A DNA stretch of 64,000 nucleotides from Octopus sinensis (lineage: Eukaryota): positions 62,992,001 to 63,056,000 of the forward strand of contig NC_043008.1 in assembly GCF_006345805.1 (NCBI RefSeq), in the 5' to 3' direction. This document shows, one piece after another, positions 28,898-41,531 of the stretch. A model generated the notes under the pieces. The model did not search any database. It saw nothing but the letters and a program-made list of their open reading frames with translations, and was not told where the DNA came from. The position numbers and the translations under genes are program-made. How positions within the stretch are numbered: position 1 is the stretch's first letter; every line of letters starts with the position of its first letter.

Positions 28898-29127
28898 TAT
28901 TTCTTTACTACCCACAAGGGGCTAAACACAGACGGGACAAATAAGGACAGACAAACGAATTAAGTCGATTACATCGACCCCAGTGAACTGGTACTTAATT
29001 TATCGACCCCGAAAGGATTAAAGGCAAAGTCGACCTCGGCGGAATTTGAACTCAGAACGTAGCGGCAGACAAAATACCGCTAAGCATTTCACCCGGCATG
29101 CTAACGTTTCTGCCAGCTCGCCGCCTA
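28898..29127 (-). mobile_element. SINE family B with TSD
   Basis: Flanked by the direct repeat AAGGCTTTATATATATAT; interrupts a SINE A fragment. Confidence 0.88.
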
Positions 29128-29360
29128 AGGCTTTATATATATATGTGTGTGTCTGTCTCTGTTCCCATCATCACTTCACAACCAATGTTGGTGTGTCTAT
29201 GTCCTCGTACTTTAGTGGTTTGGCCAAAGAGACCAATACAATAAGTACTAGTCTTGCAAAGAATAAGTCCCGAGTAAAGGTGCTCCAGTATGGCCACAGT
29301 TAAATTACAGAAACAAATAAAAGAATAAAAGAATACATGTATATGTATGTATATATATAT

Positions 29361-29880
29361 ACAGAGTGCAATGGGTAAATTGTCACCATTTTATATTTTC
29401 AACTTCGTGTATGCATATTGTTTGTTTTTGACTTTGTCGACTACACATTATTGTAGGGTTAGTTTGGCACTGTCTGTCAGGAAAAACAGTACCATGACGC
29501 AATTCACTCTGCTATAAATTTGGAAACTACATGCTGTATTGTTTGGCATTAATGCCAGCTGCTCCAGTATGAACATTTCAGAGTTTTTGGGTGTCAATCT
29601 AAGGACAGTGAAATCTGAGGACATGTATCAAGAGTGTTAAAAATCAAACATGCAGTCAACGTCACGGTGTTTGGAGTGATCACTAGTGATGGTGACATTA
29701 TGCCTCCATTCAACTTTCCACACAGCCTCAGACTCAACATGGAGAATTACATGAAGTGCCTGGAGGAGGTAGTGCTGCTCTGGGTTAAGAGGTTGGCTGC
29801 TAGAAGACCCAATGTCTGGCAACAGGATTCTGCACTATGTCACATAAACAGGAAAACCCAGTCATGGCTGCTAGAAAATG
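29361..29880 (+). pseudogene. Internally deleted Tc1/mariner (maT/DD37D-like) transposon
   Basis: TA-CAGAGTG start; KHAVNVTVFGVITSDGDIMPPF...LEEVVLLW...VWQQDSALCH...TQSWL. Confidence 0.8.
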
Positions 29881-29904
29881 TGCCTGCACCAATATATATA
29901 TATA

Positions 29905-31447
29905 TAGCCTAGTCACCTGTATAGTTAATCAGGTGATACATGAAGGAGTCATACCCAATGACTGGTGTAGCAGCATAATAGTCAACTGCTACAAAGGTAA
30001 AGGTGATGCCCTAGATACAAATAATTACAGAGGTATCAAGCTGTTGGATCAGGTGATGAAGGTTACAGAGAGGGTCATAAGCCAACTAATTAGAGAGAGA
30101 GTTAGTTTAGATGAGATGCAGTTTGGTTTCATGCCAGGGAAAAGTACCACTGATGCTATATTCCTGGTAAGGCAGCTGCAGGAGAAATACCTAGCCAAAG
30201 ATAAGGCCCTGTACCTGGCTTTTGTTGACATGGAGAAAGCCTTCGACAGGGTCCCCCGATCCCTCATATGGTGGTCAATGAGGAAACTAGGAATAGAAGA
30301 ATGGTTAGTGAGAGCTGTGCAAGCCATGTACAGGGACGCTGCTAGTAAGGTGAGGGTTGGAAATGAGTACAGTGAAGAATTCCGGGTAGAGGTAGGGGTC
30401 CACCAAGGCTCAGTCCTCAGCCCCCTCCTATTTATCATAGTCCTCCAGGCAATAACGGAGGAATTCAAGACAGGATGCCCCTGGGAGCTCCTCTATGCTG
30501 ATGACCTTGCTCTAATTGCTGAGTCATTATCAGAACTGGAGAAGAAGTTTCAGGTGTGGAAGCATGGTTTAGAATCGAAGGGCCTTAGAGTCAACCTAGC
30601 TAAAACCAAAGTCGTAATAAGTAGGAAGGTAGACAAATCACAAACGCCTTCAGGTAGATGGCCCTGCTCGATCTGTAGAAAAGGTGTAGGTAGAAACTCA
30701 ATAAGATGCACCAAGTGTAAGCTATGGACACATAAGAGGTGCAGCAATGTCATAGGAAGGCTAACTAGGAAGATGGTTTTTGTATGTGGCAGATGCTCGG
30801 GAGCATTAACCTCTGAAAATCTGCAGAAAACAACTTCCGTCACTTTCCAGGGGGAAAAACTAGAAGTAGTTGATAGCTTCCGTTATCTTGGTGACCAAGT
30901 CAGTAGTGGGGGTGGGTGTGCTGAAAGTGTAACGGCTAGAGTAAGAATAGCCTGGGCAAAGTTTAGGGAGCTCTTACCTCTGTTGGTGACTAAAGGCTTC
31001 TCGCTCAGAGTAAAAGGCAGACTGTATGATGCATGTGTGCGAACAGCCATGCTACATGGCAGTGAAACATGGGCCGTGACTGCTGAGGACATGCGTAAGC
31101 TCGTGAGAAATGAAGCTAGTATGCTCCGTTGGATGTGTAATGTCAGTGTTCATAGTCGACAGAGTGTAAGTACCTTGAGAGAAAAGTTGGACCTAAGAGG
31201 AATCAGATGTGTGCAAGAGAGACGATTGCGCTGGTATGGTCATGTGGTGAGAATGGATGAAGATAGGTGTGTGAAAAAGTGCCACACCCTGGCATTTGAG
31301 GGGACCTGTGTAAGAGGTAGACCCAGGAAAACCTGGGTCGAGGTGGTGAAGCACGACCTTTGAACTCTAGGTCTCACCAAGGAAATGACCAGAGACTGAG
31401 ACCTATGGAAGTATGCTGTGCGTGAGAAGACCCGGCAAGACCAGTGA
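29905..31447 (+). pseudogene. RTE-clade reverse transcriptase (5'-truncated LINE ORF)
   Basis: NYRGIKLL, QFGF, AFVDMEKAFDRV, GVHQGSVLSPLLF, YADD, FRYLG, RRLRWYGHV; two premature TGA codons near the C-terminus compared with the minus-strand copy. Confidence 0.95.
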
Positions 31448-31496
31448 GAACAATCAAAATCAAATCATATATCAGAAAGCAGGGGTTAAGTGACCC

Positions 31497-32272
31497 ATCT
31501 GTTCGTGTCCGCTGTCAGCCTCGTCTGGCACCCGTGCCGGTGATACGTAAAAGCACCATTCGCTCATGGCCGTTTGCCAGCTCTGCCTGGCCCTGTGTCG
31601 GTGGCACGTAAAAGCACCATCCGTTCATGTTCGTTGCCAGCCTCGCCTGGCCCCGTGCCGGTGACATGTAAAAGCACCGTCCGTTCGTGGCCGTTGGCCA
31701 GCTCTGTCTGGCTCCGTGTCGGTGACACGTAAAAGCACCATCCGTTCGTGGCCGTTTGCCAGCTCTGTCTGGCCCCGTGTCGGTGGCACGTAAAAGCACC
31801 ATCCGTCCGTGTCCGTTGCCAGCCTCGGCTGGCCCCCGTGCCGGTGACACGTAAAAGCACCATCCGTTCGTGGCCATTTGCCAGCTCTGTCTGGCCCCGT
31901 GTCGGTGGCACGTAAAAGCACCATCCGTCCGTGTCCGTTGCCAGCCTCGGCTAGCCCCCGTGCCGGTGACACGTAAAAGCACCGTCCGCTCGTGGCCGTT
32001 TGCCAGCTCTGTCTGGCAACCGTGTCGGTGGCACGTAAAAGCACCATCCGTTCGCGTCCATTGCCAGCCTCGGCTGGCCCCCGTGCCGGTGACACATAAA
32101 AGCACCGTCCGTTCGTGGCCGGTTGCCAGCTCTGTCTGGCCCCGTGTCGGTGGCACGTAAAAGCACCATCCGTTCGTGTCCGTTGCCAGCATCGCCTGGC
32201 CCCGTGCCGGTCCGTTCGTGGCCGTTCGCCAGCTCTGTCTGGCACCTGTGCAGGTGGCACGTAAAAAACACC
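31497..32272 (+). repeat. GC-rich ~61-bp minisatellite (~12 units) in the RTE 3'UTR
   Basis: GTAAAAGCACC recurs every 60-62 bp; the element ends with (GAT)n at 32420-32462. Confidence 0.92.
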
Positions 32273-32420
32273 CACTACACTCGTGGAGTGGTTGGCGTTA
32301 GGAAGGGCATCCAGCCGTAGAAACACTGCCAGATCTGACTGGGCCTGACAAAGCCTTCCAGCTTCACAGACCCCAGTTGACCCGTCCAACCCATGCTAGC
32401 ATGGAAAACGGACGCTAAAC

Positions 32421-32462
<42 letters not shown>

Positions 32463-32478
32463 ATTTATATATATATAA

Positions 32479-32706
32479 AGGCAGCGAGCTGCCAGAGACG
32501 TTAGCACGCTGGGTGAAGTGCTTCGCGGTATTTCGCCCGTCGCTACGTTCTGAGTTCAAATTCCGCCGAGGTCGACTTTGCCTTTCATCCTTTCGGGGTC
32601 GATAAATTAAGTACCAGTTACACACTGGGGCTGATGTAATCGACTTAATCCGTTTGTCTGTCCTTGTTTGTCCCCTCTATGTTTAGCCCCTTGTGGGTAG
32701 TAAAGA

Positions 32707-32712
<6 letters not shown>
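32479..32712 (+). mobile_element. SINE family B (MetaSINE-like)
   Basis: tRNA-like head GGCAGCGAGCTG...GAGTTCAAATTCC, central GACTTTGCCTTTCATCCTTTCGGGGTCGATAAA, tail GTAGTAAAGAAA. Confidence 0.9.
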
Positions 32713-32753
<41 letters not shown>

Positions 32754-32756
<3 letters not shown>

Positions 32757-33175
32757 TGCAGGCATTGGTGTGCAGTAAGAAGCTTGCTCTCAACCACATA
32801 GTTCCAAGTTCAGTCCCACTTCATGGCACCTTGGGCAAGTGTCTTCTACTGTAGCCGCAGGCTCACCAAAGCCCTGTGAGAGGATTTGGTAGATGGAAGC
32901 TGGAAGAAGCCTGTTGTATAAATATGTATATATATTTATGTGTGTCTTTATGTCTGTATTTGTCCCCCCACCACCACCACTGTTTAACAACCAGTGTTGG
33001 TGTGTTTGCATTACCATAACTTAGCAGTTCTGAGAAAAAGACCAATAGGATAATTACTAGACTTAAAGCAAAGAAGAACTACTGGGGTTGATTTATTCAA
33101 CAAAAATTTCAAGGCTCTGCCCCAGCATGGCCACAGTATAATCACTGAAACAAGTGAAAGACAAAAGATAAAAGA
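32754..33175 (+). mobile_element. SINE family A, older subfamily
   Basis: Diverged homolog. Confidence 0.8.
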
Positions 33176-34299
33176 TACAGCAAGGTCATTGCCAGTGCCA
33201 CTTGACTGGCTCCTTGGCAGGTGGCCGGTAAAAAACACCATTTGAGTGGGGCTGTTGCCAGTACCACCTGATTGGCCCTCATGCCCGTGGCATATAAAAG
33301 CACCCACTACACTCTCAGAGTGGCTGGCGTTAGGAAGGGCATCCAACTGTAGAAACTCTGCCAGATCAAGATTGGGGCCTGGTGCAGCCATCTGGTTCGC
33401 CAGTCCTCAGTCAAATCGTCCAACCCACACTAGCATGGAAAGAGGACGTTAAACGAAAAACGATGATATGTAAGTGTGTCTGTGTACCATACTTTTTTGA
33501 TAGCTTGTGGGTCGATGATGTTAGTAAGCCTTAGCGAACAGCCTAAATTATCTACCAAATTTGTGTACATGTACCAGGGGTGGGGGTCACTATTTGTATT
33601 GTTTAATATTTTATGGAATACATGAAGTTGATGTCGCCAGAAACTATGAGAATATTACAAGCATTTTATATGAAGCTCAAGAATATTCAAGTGTGAACTT
33701 CTGGTTGAAGATCAAAGCAACAATATCAAACAGCCAGAGAGCTTTATGACTACAGGGATGTATAAAAGTAATGTTTATATTGTTCAACTGTGTGATTCAC
33801 TATGTCGCTATAATAGTTTATTGACAACTGGATGTCTGTGAATTGTCTTTATGAGTTTTATTGTTGATGCGACCAGTAGATTATAGAATGTATTTTTATT
33901 CACCACCATTTTTGTTTAAAATTTTCAAAAGACTTGTTTATCTATAATTTGTCTATGAATGTCAGAATTGTTGACCCAGTTATCTCAAAGGTTTTTGCAG
34001 GTATTAATGTTCTCAACCACCTCTAGAATAGTGTTTTCTTCTTTGAAATGATTAAGCATACATCACCTTATCCAACTTACAAGTTACTGTTACCTTTCAT
34101 CCTTATATTTCATCAAATATTTATCACATTTTTTCATAACATTTACCTTAATTACATGTCTCCACAAACAATCCCTTTTGAAAAGTCCTTCTTACCAATG
34201 TTTTCCTATCAGCTACACATCTACAAGAATTTGAAACAAGCAATAATTGTATCAATCTCCCAATGATATTTATTTATTTATTTTATTTATTTATTTATG

Positions 34300-34600
34300 C
34301 ACCCTTTTCAAGCCTAGCCAAGCTCATGGGCCCGATTTCCCTGTTTCTGTGGCGTATGTGTTCCCCCCAGCTGGACGGGACGCCAGTCCATCACAGCATT
34401 ACTCAAGAAACAGGAAGAGAGAGTGACAGAAAGTTGGGGTGAAAGAGTACAACAGGGGTGGCCACCACGCCCTGCTGGAGCCTCGTGAAGCTTTTAGGTG
34501 TTTTTGCTCAATAAACACACACAAAGCCCGGTCTGGGAATCGAAACCGCAATCCTCCAACTGTGTGTCTGTTGCCCTAACCACTGGGCCATTGCACCTCC
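34300..34600 (-). mobile_element. SINE related to family C
   Basis: tRNA-like head GGAGGTGCAATGGCCCAGTGGTTAGGGC...GGTTTCGATTCCC; V-like tail; (AAAT)n end. Confidence 0.75.
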
Positions 34601-35068
34601 AATAATATTTTAGTCATATAAATTTAGAAGTTTCTAGAAAAATTAACTTCTGTGCATTTATCAAAATGTGGTTCTGTATGTGTTCAGGTCATTTTTAATA
34701 TCCACAGCTTATGCTTCAATATCCTTCTGCCATTTTAATTTTGCTTTCATAAAAAAATGAAAATAAAATACAATATGAAATATTCTAATGGACTAAATAG
34801 ACACGTGTTTATTTATGTCATTTACAATTAATTATTCTGGAGAAATATCTTAATTACAACCTTTTTATAAGAATTAGCAACGACTTAAGTCTACTCAATA
34901 TTTATTATCCTGATATATCTGGCAATTATTACATGGATAATAATGAACATCCTGGTAATTCTAAAGGATGTCCTCTTGAAGTTTGTTTTTAGGTTACTCT
35001 CTGCAAAGTCTAGACCAATTAGGAATCACATTAGCTTGAGACAATTTGGTTCTCTTAACACAGCGATA

Positions 35069-35139
35069 TTAGACTTGTCTTCGCAAAATTATTTTTATTT
35101 TGCTTTTGTCGTTATTTTTGTTACTTCTCATTGACCATC
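35069..35139 (-). CDS. Candidate terminal coding exon of an unidentified gene
   Basis: Acceptor taatttaacag; phase-1 frame GWSMRSNKNNDKSKIKIILRRQV*; phase-compatible with the micro-exon. Confidence 0.2.
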
Positions 35140-35244
35140 CTGTTAAATTATATAAATACTCAATCAATATGTTTACTAATGAAATGTCAAAAGTCATTTC
35201 ATAATTTATCAATTTCAAAATAAAATTTTTGAAAAATAAATTAC

Positions 35245-35270
35245 CTGGTGAGGAAAAGAGTCGGGTGGAA
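35245..35270 (-). CDS. Candidate 26-nt micro-exon
   Basis: tctcttgtttttag|TTCCACCCGACTCTTTTCCTCACCAG|gtaatt; a GC-richer island in AT-rich DNA. Confidence 0.3.
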
Positions 35271-35467
35271 CTAAAAACAAGAGATATTAAATTTAAGACT
35301 ACTTCATTTCTTCTTACTATAATTCAAATTTCAGAATTTTTTCTTTAAGTACTTTCAACTGTGAACTGAATAATTATGCTAATTAATGTTAAATTTAGAT
35401 TTCTTGTATAGATAGAGACAACTTCTCAGATTTATAAGTGAGGAAAATTATGGTGATGTGATAAATT

Positions 35468-36312
35468 CTCTTTTACTCTTTTACTCTTTTGCTTGTTTCA
35501 GTCATGTGACTGTGGCCATGCTGGAGCACCACCTTTAGTCAAGCAAATCGGCCCGAGGACTTATTCTTTGTAAGCCTAGTACTTATTCTATTGGTCTCTT
35601 TTGCCGAACCGCTAAGTTACAGGGGACGTAAACACACCACCATCGGTTGTCAAGCGATGTTGGGGGGACAAACACAGACATACAAACATACACACACACA
35701 CACATATATATATATACACATATATACGACAGGCTTCTTTCAGTTTCTGTCTACTAAATCCACTCGCAAGGCTTTGGTTGGCCCAAGGCTATAGTAGAAG
35801 ACACTTGCCCAAGGTGCCATGCAGTGGGACTAAATCCGGAACCATGTGGTTGGTAAGCAAGCTACTTACCACACAGCCACTCCTACACCTATACCAGGTA
35901 CTTTTATCCTTTATCTGTTTCAGTCATTAGACAGTGACCATGCTGTGGCACTAGCTTGAATAATTTTTAGTCAACTGAATCAGCCCCAGCACTTTTTTCA
36001 TTTTTTAAGCCTGGTACTTATTCTATCAGTCTCTTCTTAAATTCAGAGAGGTAAACAAACCAGCACCAGTTGTCAAGCAGTAGTGAAGGACAAACACAGA
36101 TACAAAGACACACACACACATGCACACACACATACACACACGCATGCACATATATAAAATAGGATTCTTTCAGTTTCTGTCTACCAAATCCAGACACCAG
36201 GCTTTTGTCAGCCTGAGGCTATAATAGAAGATGCTTGCTCAAGGTGTGAAGCAGCTGAACTGAACCTGGAACCACGTGGTTGGAAAGCAAACATCTTATC
36301 AGACAGCCACAC
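35468..36312 (-). mobile_element. Two tandem SINE family A copies
   Basis: 35468-35889 and 35903-36312. Confidence 0.88.
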
Positions 36313-36564
36313 CTTGTAAAAATATTAATAAAACTTAGCTAATTCTGGGATTATGTACTACAATCTGACTCAGCATACTATTCTACACTGTTCACCTTTT
36401 ATTCCAAGTGTTAATTCTTGGAGCTCAAGGGCGATGATAAAATCTAAATTTCTGATATACCAGCAGTGATAACTTTACTTACTAAAGTTTACTATGGGAT
36501 ATACACAAAACTTTGAACCATCACAGCTTTCAGAAATTAAATATCATCCTACCATGGCTTTGAT

Positions 36565-36780
36565 CTCGTTTAATGCAGCAGCTGTGGGCTGGAAGAGGCC
36601 CACACCAGATGACTGGGCGTAGTTAGGAAAGAACTCCAGAAGCTTCATGTCACTTTGGAAAATGCAGGGGGCCTGACATGGGACTGCCAGCGATGGAGAG
36701 CAGTAGTGAACCACTAACCTGGGATGACCCCTGCCTGATCAAACAAAGGCATGAAACAAGAAGCAAGTAGCAAGCATATA
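36565..36780 (+). mobile_element. Old RTE-type LINE 3' remnant (different family)
   Basis: FNAAAVGWKRP / TR*LGVVRKELQKLHVTLENAGGLTWDCQRWRAVVN; short CAAG(T)-repeat tail. Confidence 0.6.
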
Positions 36781-36927
36781 TACTTGATCTATAGGTCGTG
36801 TTTATCATAAATCCCATTACAGAGAATAAAATAAGGACCAACTGTACAAAAGTATCCTTGGTTGACTGTACCCTTATCAATAAATGAAAACTCTACATTT
36901 TAATGGGTACAGTGAAATTGCGTTCAA

Positions 36928-37330
36928 AGCACAGGCATGGCTGTGTGGTAAGAAGCTTGCTTCCCAACTACATGGTTCTGGGTTCAGTTTCACTGCATGG
37001 CACCTTGGGCAAGTGTCTTCTACTATAGCCTTAGGCTGACCAAAGCCTTGTGAGTGGATCTGGTAGATGGAAACTGAAAGAAGCCTGTCATATATATATG
37101 TATATGTATATGTGTGTGTGTTTTTGTGTTTGTGTTTGTCCCCCATCATCTCATGACAAACGATGCTGGTGTGTTAACATCCTTGTTCACTTAGCGGCTC
37201 AGCAAAAGTGACCAATGGAATAATTACAAGGCTTAAAAAATAAGTTATGGGATCGATTTATTTGACCAAAAACCCCTCAGGTTGGTTCCAGCTTGGCTGC
37301 AATCAAATGACTGAAACAAGTAAAAGAATA
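36928..37330 (+). mobile_element. SINE family A
   Basis: Homolog. Confidence 0.85.
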
Positions 37331-37361
37331 AGGCTTCTGTTGTTAAACTGATTTGAATAAA

Positions 37362-37685
37362 CTGGCACTCCATCGGTTATGATGACAAGGGTTTCCAGTT
37401 GATCTGATCAGCAGAACAGCTTCCTCATGAGATTAACATGCAAGTGGCTGAGCACTCCAGACATGCATGCCTCCTTCGCATACTTCTGAGGGAGATTCAG
37501 CATGACACAGAGTGTGACAAGGTTGGCCCCTTGAAATACACGTACTACTCATTTTTGTCAGTTGAGTGGACTGGAGCAATGTGAAATAAAGTGTCTTGTT
37601 CAAGGACACAACACACTGCTGGGAATTGAACTCATGTCCCTATGATCACGAGCCTAATACCCTAACCACTAAGCCATATGCCATC
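37362..37685 (-). mobile_element. tRNA-derived SINE family D
   Basis: Homologous to 43080-43403; head TGGCTTAGTGGTTAGGGT...GAGTTCAATTCCC, central GTGTCCTTGAACAAGACACTT. Confidence 0.8.
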
Positions 37686-39393
37686 ACTGATTTGAATACT
37701 AGACACTTATTTGGTTGTTAGTTCTGCAAGTTACTGCCATGCTAGCAGGGTTTATATTTCATACTTAGAGTATACTATTAAAAAGAAAATACTTGTACAG
37801 CAGGAGCAATTACTTTCCTGATGGGAAATAATGAAATGATAGTATGAGTTAAGAAATTCAGCATCTCAACTCCTTAGTATGTATAAACTAAAATTGTAGA
37901 AGCCATGTGTATAGATTTGTATCTTTCTCTCTATATCTCTCTATATCTCTCTCTCTATCACTATCTCTCTTTTTCTTTCTCTCACTCTTTCTCCCTCTTT
38001 CTCTTTCCTATCTGTCTCGTTCCCCCACTCTCTCCTCTATATATGTATGTATCTATGCGTTGAACAAACATATACACACACATACAGATCGATGTATAAT
38101 ATATCTATTTATTATACACACACAAATATATACATAAATGTACATGTATGCATGTGTGTATATGTGTTTCTTTATAACTGCTTTTCCCTGAATACCATGA
38201 GCTAGAAGCAATATCTTTGTTATCTTTTCTTCTCTTAAAAATTCATCCAGATCTGATGGCTTTCCCCTTCAAAGACATGTAAAATAAGAAATCTCTTACT
38301 TGCAAAGCAGGTAGGGATTACAGATATAAAGGCTATCTGTCTCTAAAGCAATATTTCACTGATATTATTTCCTAACCCATACTTGAATAGATAAACTGAG
38401 GTAAAAACGAATGATGCTTTTATAGTGTAAATATTTTGAACTTTTTGTAAAGGATGGTCTTTCAAGTATATTAGATTGTTATTTCGTTTTGTCCAGTTTA
38501 CTTTTACAGTATATAAAGCTATATAATTGCTTTGTACATTGACACAATCCAAAAATTTGTTTTGAGAGTAAATACTAAATGAATTTCGGATCCAGCTTTA
38601 AGAGGGATAAAAGTCAACCTCTGAAAGTTTGAACTCATGTGAGTGCATGCATGCATGCGTGCATGTGTGTGTGTGTGTGTGTATGTGAGAGAATGTGCAC
38701 ATGTACGTAGACTTATAACATGCAGTCATTGATATATACGTCCTCTTCTTCGTTATCATTATTATCATTTAACGTCCGTGTACCATGCTGGCATGAAGTG
38801 GTTGATTTCACAGGATCCAGTGGGCTTAAGGACTATACCTTGCTCCAGTGTCTACTTTGTCACGGTTTCAACACCTGGACATCCTTCTTAACACCAGCAA
38901 AAGCATGTGCTGAGTGATTTTTCTGTGCTACCAATTCTTGTGAGGTCAGCATACAGCTTGTAATAACATAAACTCCAGAGGGAAAAGAAGCAGCTTTATG
39001 TTACAAAACGAGAGGGTAGAGGTGGATAAAATATGAGAGAAAACGACCAGAGCAGAACAGACTTGTTGTAGAGGAGGAGCAGCATTGACAGCTTACACTT
39101 CAGAAAAGAGAGGGGAAGTGATTAGGCGGAGCTCAAAAGCAATAAGAATTAGTAATAATGAGGTGTGCTTGAACAGATTGGCTAACTGCTAGGAGCTGTG
39201 TTTGACTGCTGATGTTGGGAGCTGGCTCTTATTTCTAGCAGTGGAGGACAACAGTTGTACAGAGAAAAAAAAATGACAAAAGCTGTTGGGATTTAATGAA
39301 CAAACTTTATTTCTTGTTGAGATAGTTTGGATGTTATTGTTCTTGGTGTAATTAAAATAGCATTTTAAAAGTTATTGCTTGTCAATGTGTTGT

Positions 39394-39688
39394 GTGGAGG
39401 CACATGGCCTAGTGGTTAGAGCAGCAGACTCACAGTTGAGGGATCGTGGGTTCAAATTTCAGACCGGGCGATGTGTGTGCTTATGAGCGAAACACCTAAG
39501 CACCACATGGCTCCGGCAGAAGGTAATGGTGAATTTCTACTGACTCTTTCGCCATAACATTCTCTCACTCTTTCCTCCTGCATCATGCAGCTCACCTGCA
39601 ATGGACCAGCGTCCCATCCAGGTGGGGAACCTATATGCCAAGGAAACCAGAAAACTGGCCCTATGAGCCAGGTAGGAACAAACAACAA
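39394..39688 (+). mobile_element. SINE family C
   Basis: GGAGGCACATGGCCTAGTGGTTAGAGCAGC...GGTTCAAAT head. Confidence 0.85.
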
Positions 39689-40253
39689 ATGTGTTGTTGT
39701 GGATAGTTTGTTATGATGATATTAGCTCAGTTCAGTCACTTCCTGTGTCTGTTCACCATCCATCTTCCTAGTCTCTAATGCTCTCTCTGTTACATTTCAA
39801 AGCTCTCTGGGTGGTGGTCATATGTGTGTGTCATTTTATACTGATTGAGAGGCTCAGAAAGGAATGCCTCAAAAACTGATATGATTGCTGGAGACTATTC
39901 CACATGAAGTTGTGGTCAGGTTTTTATATCATATCCTATAGGTAATATACTTTCTAGGTGAAATTACAATTGACCAGATTTGCTGATCATGTGTGCACCA
40001 TTCCAGCAAATCACTATAGGTCATTGCTGAATATTCTGCTCCAGACATTTCAGAGGTTACTTTCAAGGTGTGAATAGGTGAAGCAGTGGAGTCCAAGAGT
40101 GAGTGGGGAGGTAGGGGATGTTAGATAATGTGGAACAGCAGAATGGTAAAGTATACACGATAAACTAATCAGAGGGAGGTAAGAGAGATGAAAAGACATA
40201 ACATGTTGCTGGGTTGGTCGCAGGAATGGATGGGGAAGAAGAAGCAAGCCTAA

Positions 40254-40435
40254 TACAAGGTGTTCAAAAAGTCTCTCCGCAGTAAATATTTAATGGGTTT
40301 TGGCTGATACTTATACACTGACCCTATACTTGCTCCCCAGAAAAAAAGTCTGATGGTGTTAAATCAGGTGATCTTGGTGACCAAAGTCGCTTCGAAATAA
40401 TCCGTTCACCGAAAAACTTTTGAAGTTGCACCATG
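40254..40435 (-). pseudogene. Tc1/mariner-superfamily transposase fragment
   Basis: LQKFFGERIISKRLWSPRSPDLTPSDFF motif; TIR-like TACAAGGTG. Confidence 0.7.
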
Positions 40436-41531
40436 ATGATGTGCAGAATGAAAGAAAAATCACTGAAGAGCTACAGACAATTACGTAAGTAATTTTGCAT
40501 AAGTGTTAATAGTGAAACTAGTTTATGATTAATCTATATTTTGTTTCTTTTCATTTGTTTTTCTCACTTACATTCTGGCATTTGCTAAATTTCTTGAGAA
40601 CATTCCTTTCTTAGAGGTAAGACCAAAGTGGATCTACTTCTTGCATAATGGATGTCCACATAGTGATCATCCCTGTTATATGTATATATATAGATATAGA
40701 TATATATCTTTCTATCTCTCTATATATATATGTGTGTATGTGTGTGTATGTGTGTATGGGTGTGGAAAGTATCTACATATGTGTGTGTGTGTGTTAAAGA
40801 GGGAGAGAGAGTTCAAGTGTAGGAATGAGAGAAGTAAATACTTAGATATTCTTTCTTATTCAGTGCAATGCTGTACATTTTCTGCCAATCTATCATTGTC
40901 TTTGTAGATTCAATAGTTAAAAACGTCTGAAATTGGTACATTACAGTGGCAAGAATATGCTGATTTCTACTAACCACTTAGTTAGATGTCCACTATGTTA
41001 TTAACTTAGCTGTCTACACTCCTTGAATTGTAGAAATTGTGTATATAATGTTATTTAATTGGACAGGATTTTAAGATGTCATTTAAATGTAGACTGTCTA
41101 ATTCATTTTGTCAATCTAGCTTTGTTCGTCTTAGAGTGTATGGAGACCTGCATAATTGATAGAATGTGGCTGTCTGTTTTACAAAGACAGTGGAGAGTGA
41201 TTTGAGTGGTATATGGTTGTTATTTCTAGCAAGTTGAGTGACTGCTTATAGGTTCCCTTACTGATCTTTTTTGATTTAGATGAAGAATAAAATGTCATTA
41301 CTTCTTGTGAAATCAATTGTTATTCTATCTGCAGTGACGGTTGCATTGGGGCAGTTGGTCAGATCAAAATAAAGAATGCCATTGATTTTTAGAATTGTTG
41401 ATACTATCTATTGACTATAACCCCTCATAAAAGTGATATTGATTTTTGCAGACTGGGTGGAATTTGAACTCAGGAGACAGAGAGCCAGGGTAGCTAGCAC
41501 AAGGAATCTGTTTTAGTACACCAACAATTCT

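Noticed and set aside
29837-29904. N-terminus of the 508-aa ORF as a real start
   Set aside because: It is an out-of-frame read of the maT remnant plus (TA)n fused to a 5'-truncated RTE.
31497-32272. Regular repeat array resembling CRISPR, with overlapping 100-250 aa ORFs
   Set aside because: The intervening sequences are not unique, there are no cas genes and the context is a eukaryotic LINE UTR; the ORFs come from stop-poor GC-rich repeats.
40572-40672. Minus-strand segment with AG/GTAAG boundaries
   Set aside because: Stop codons in all three frames; could only be non-coding.
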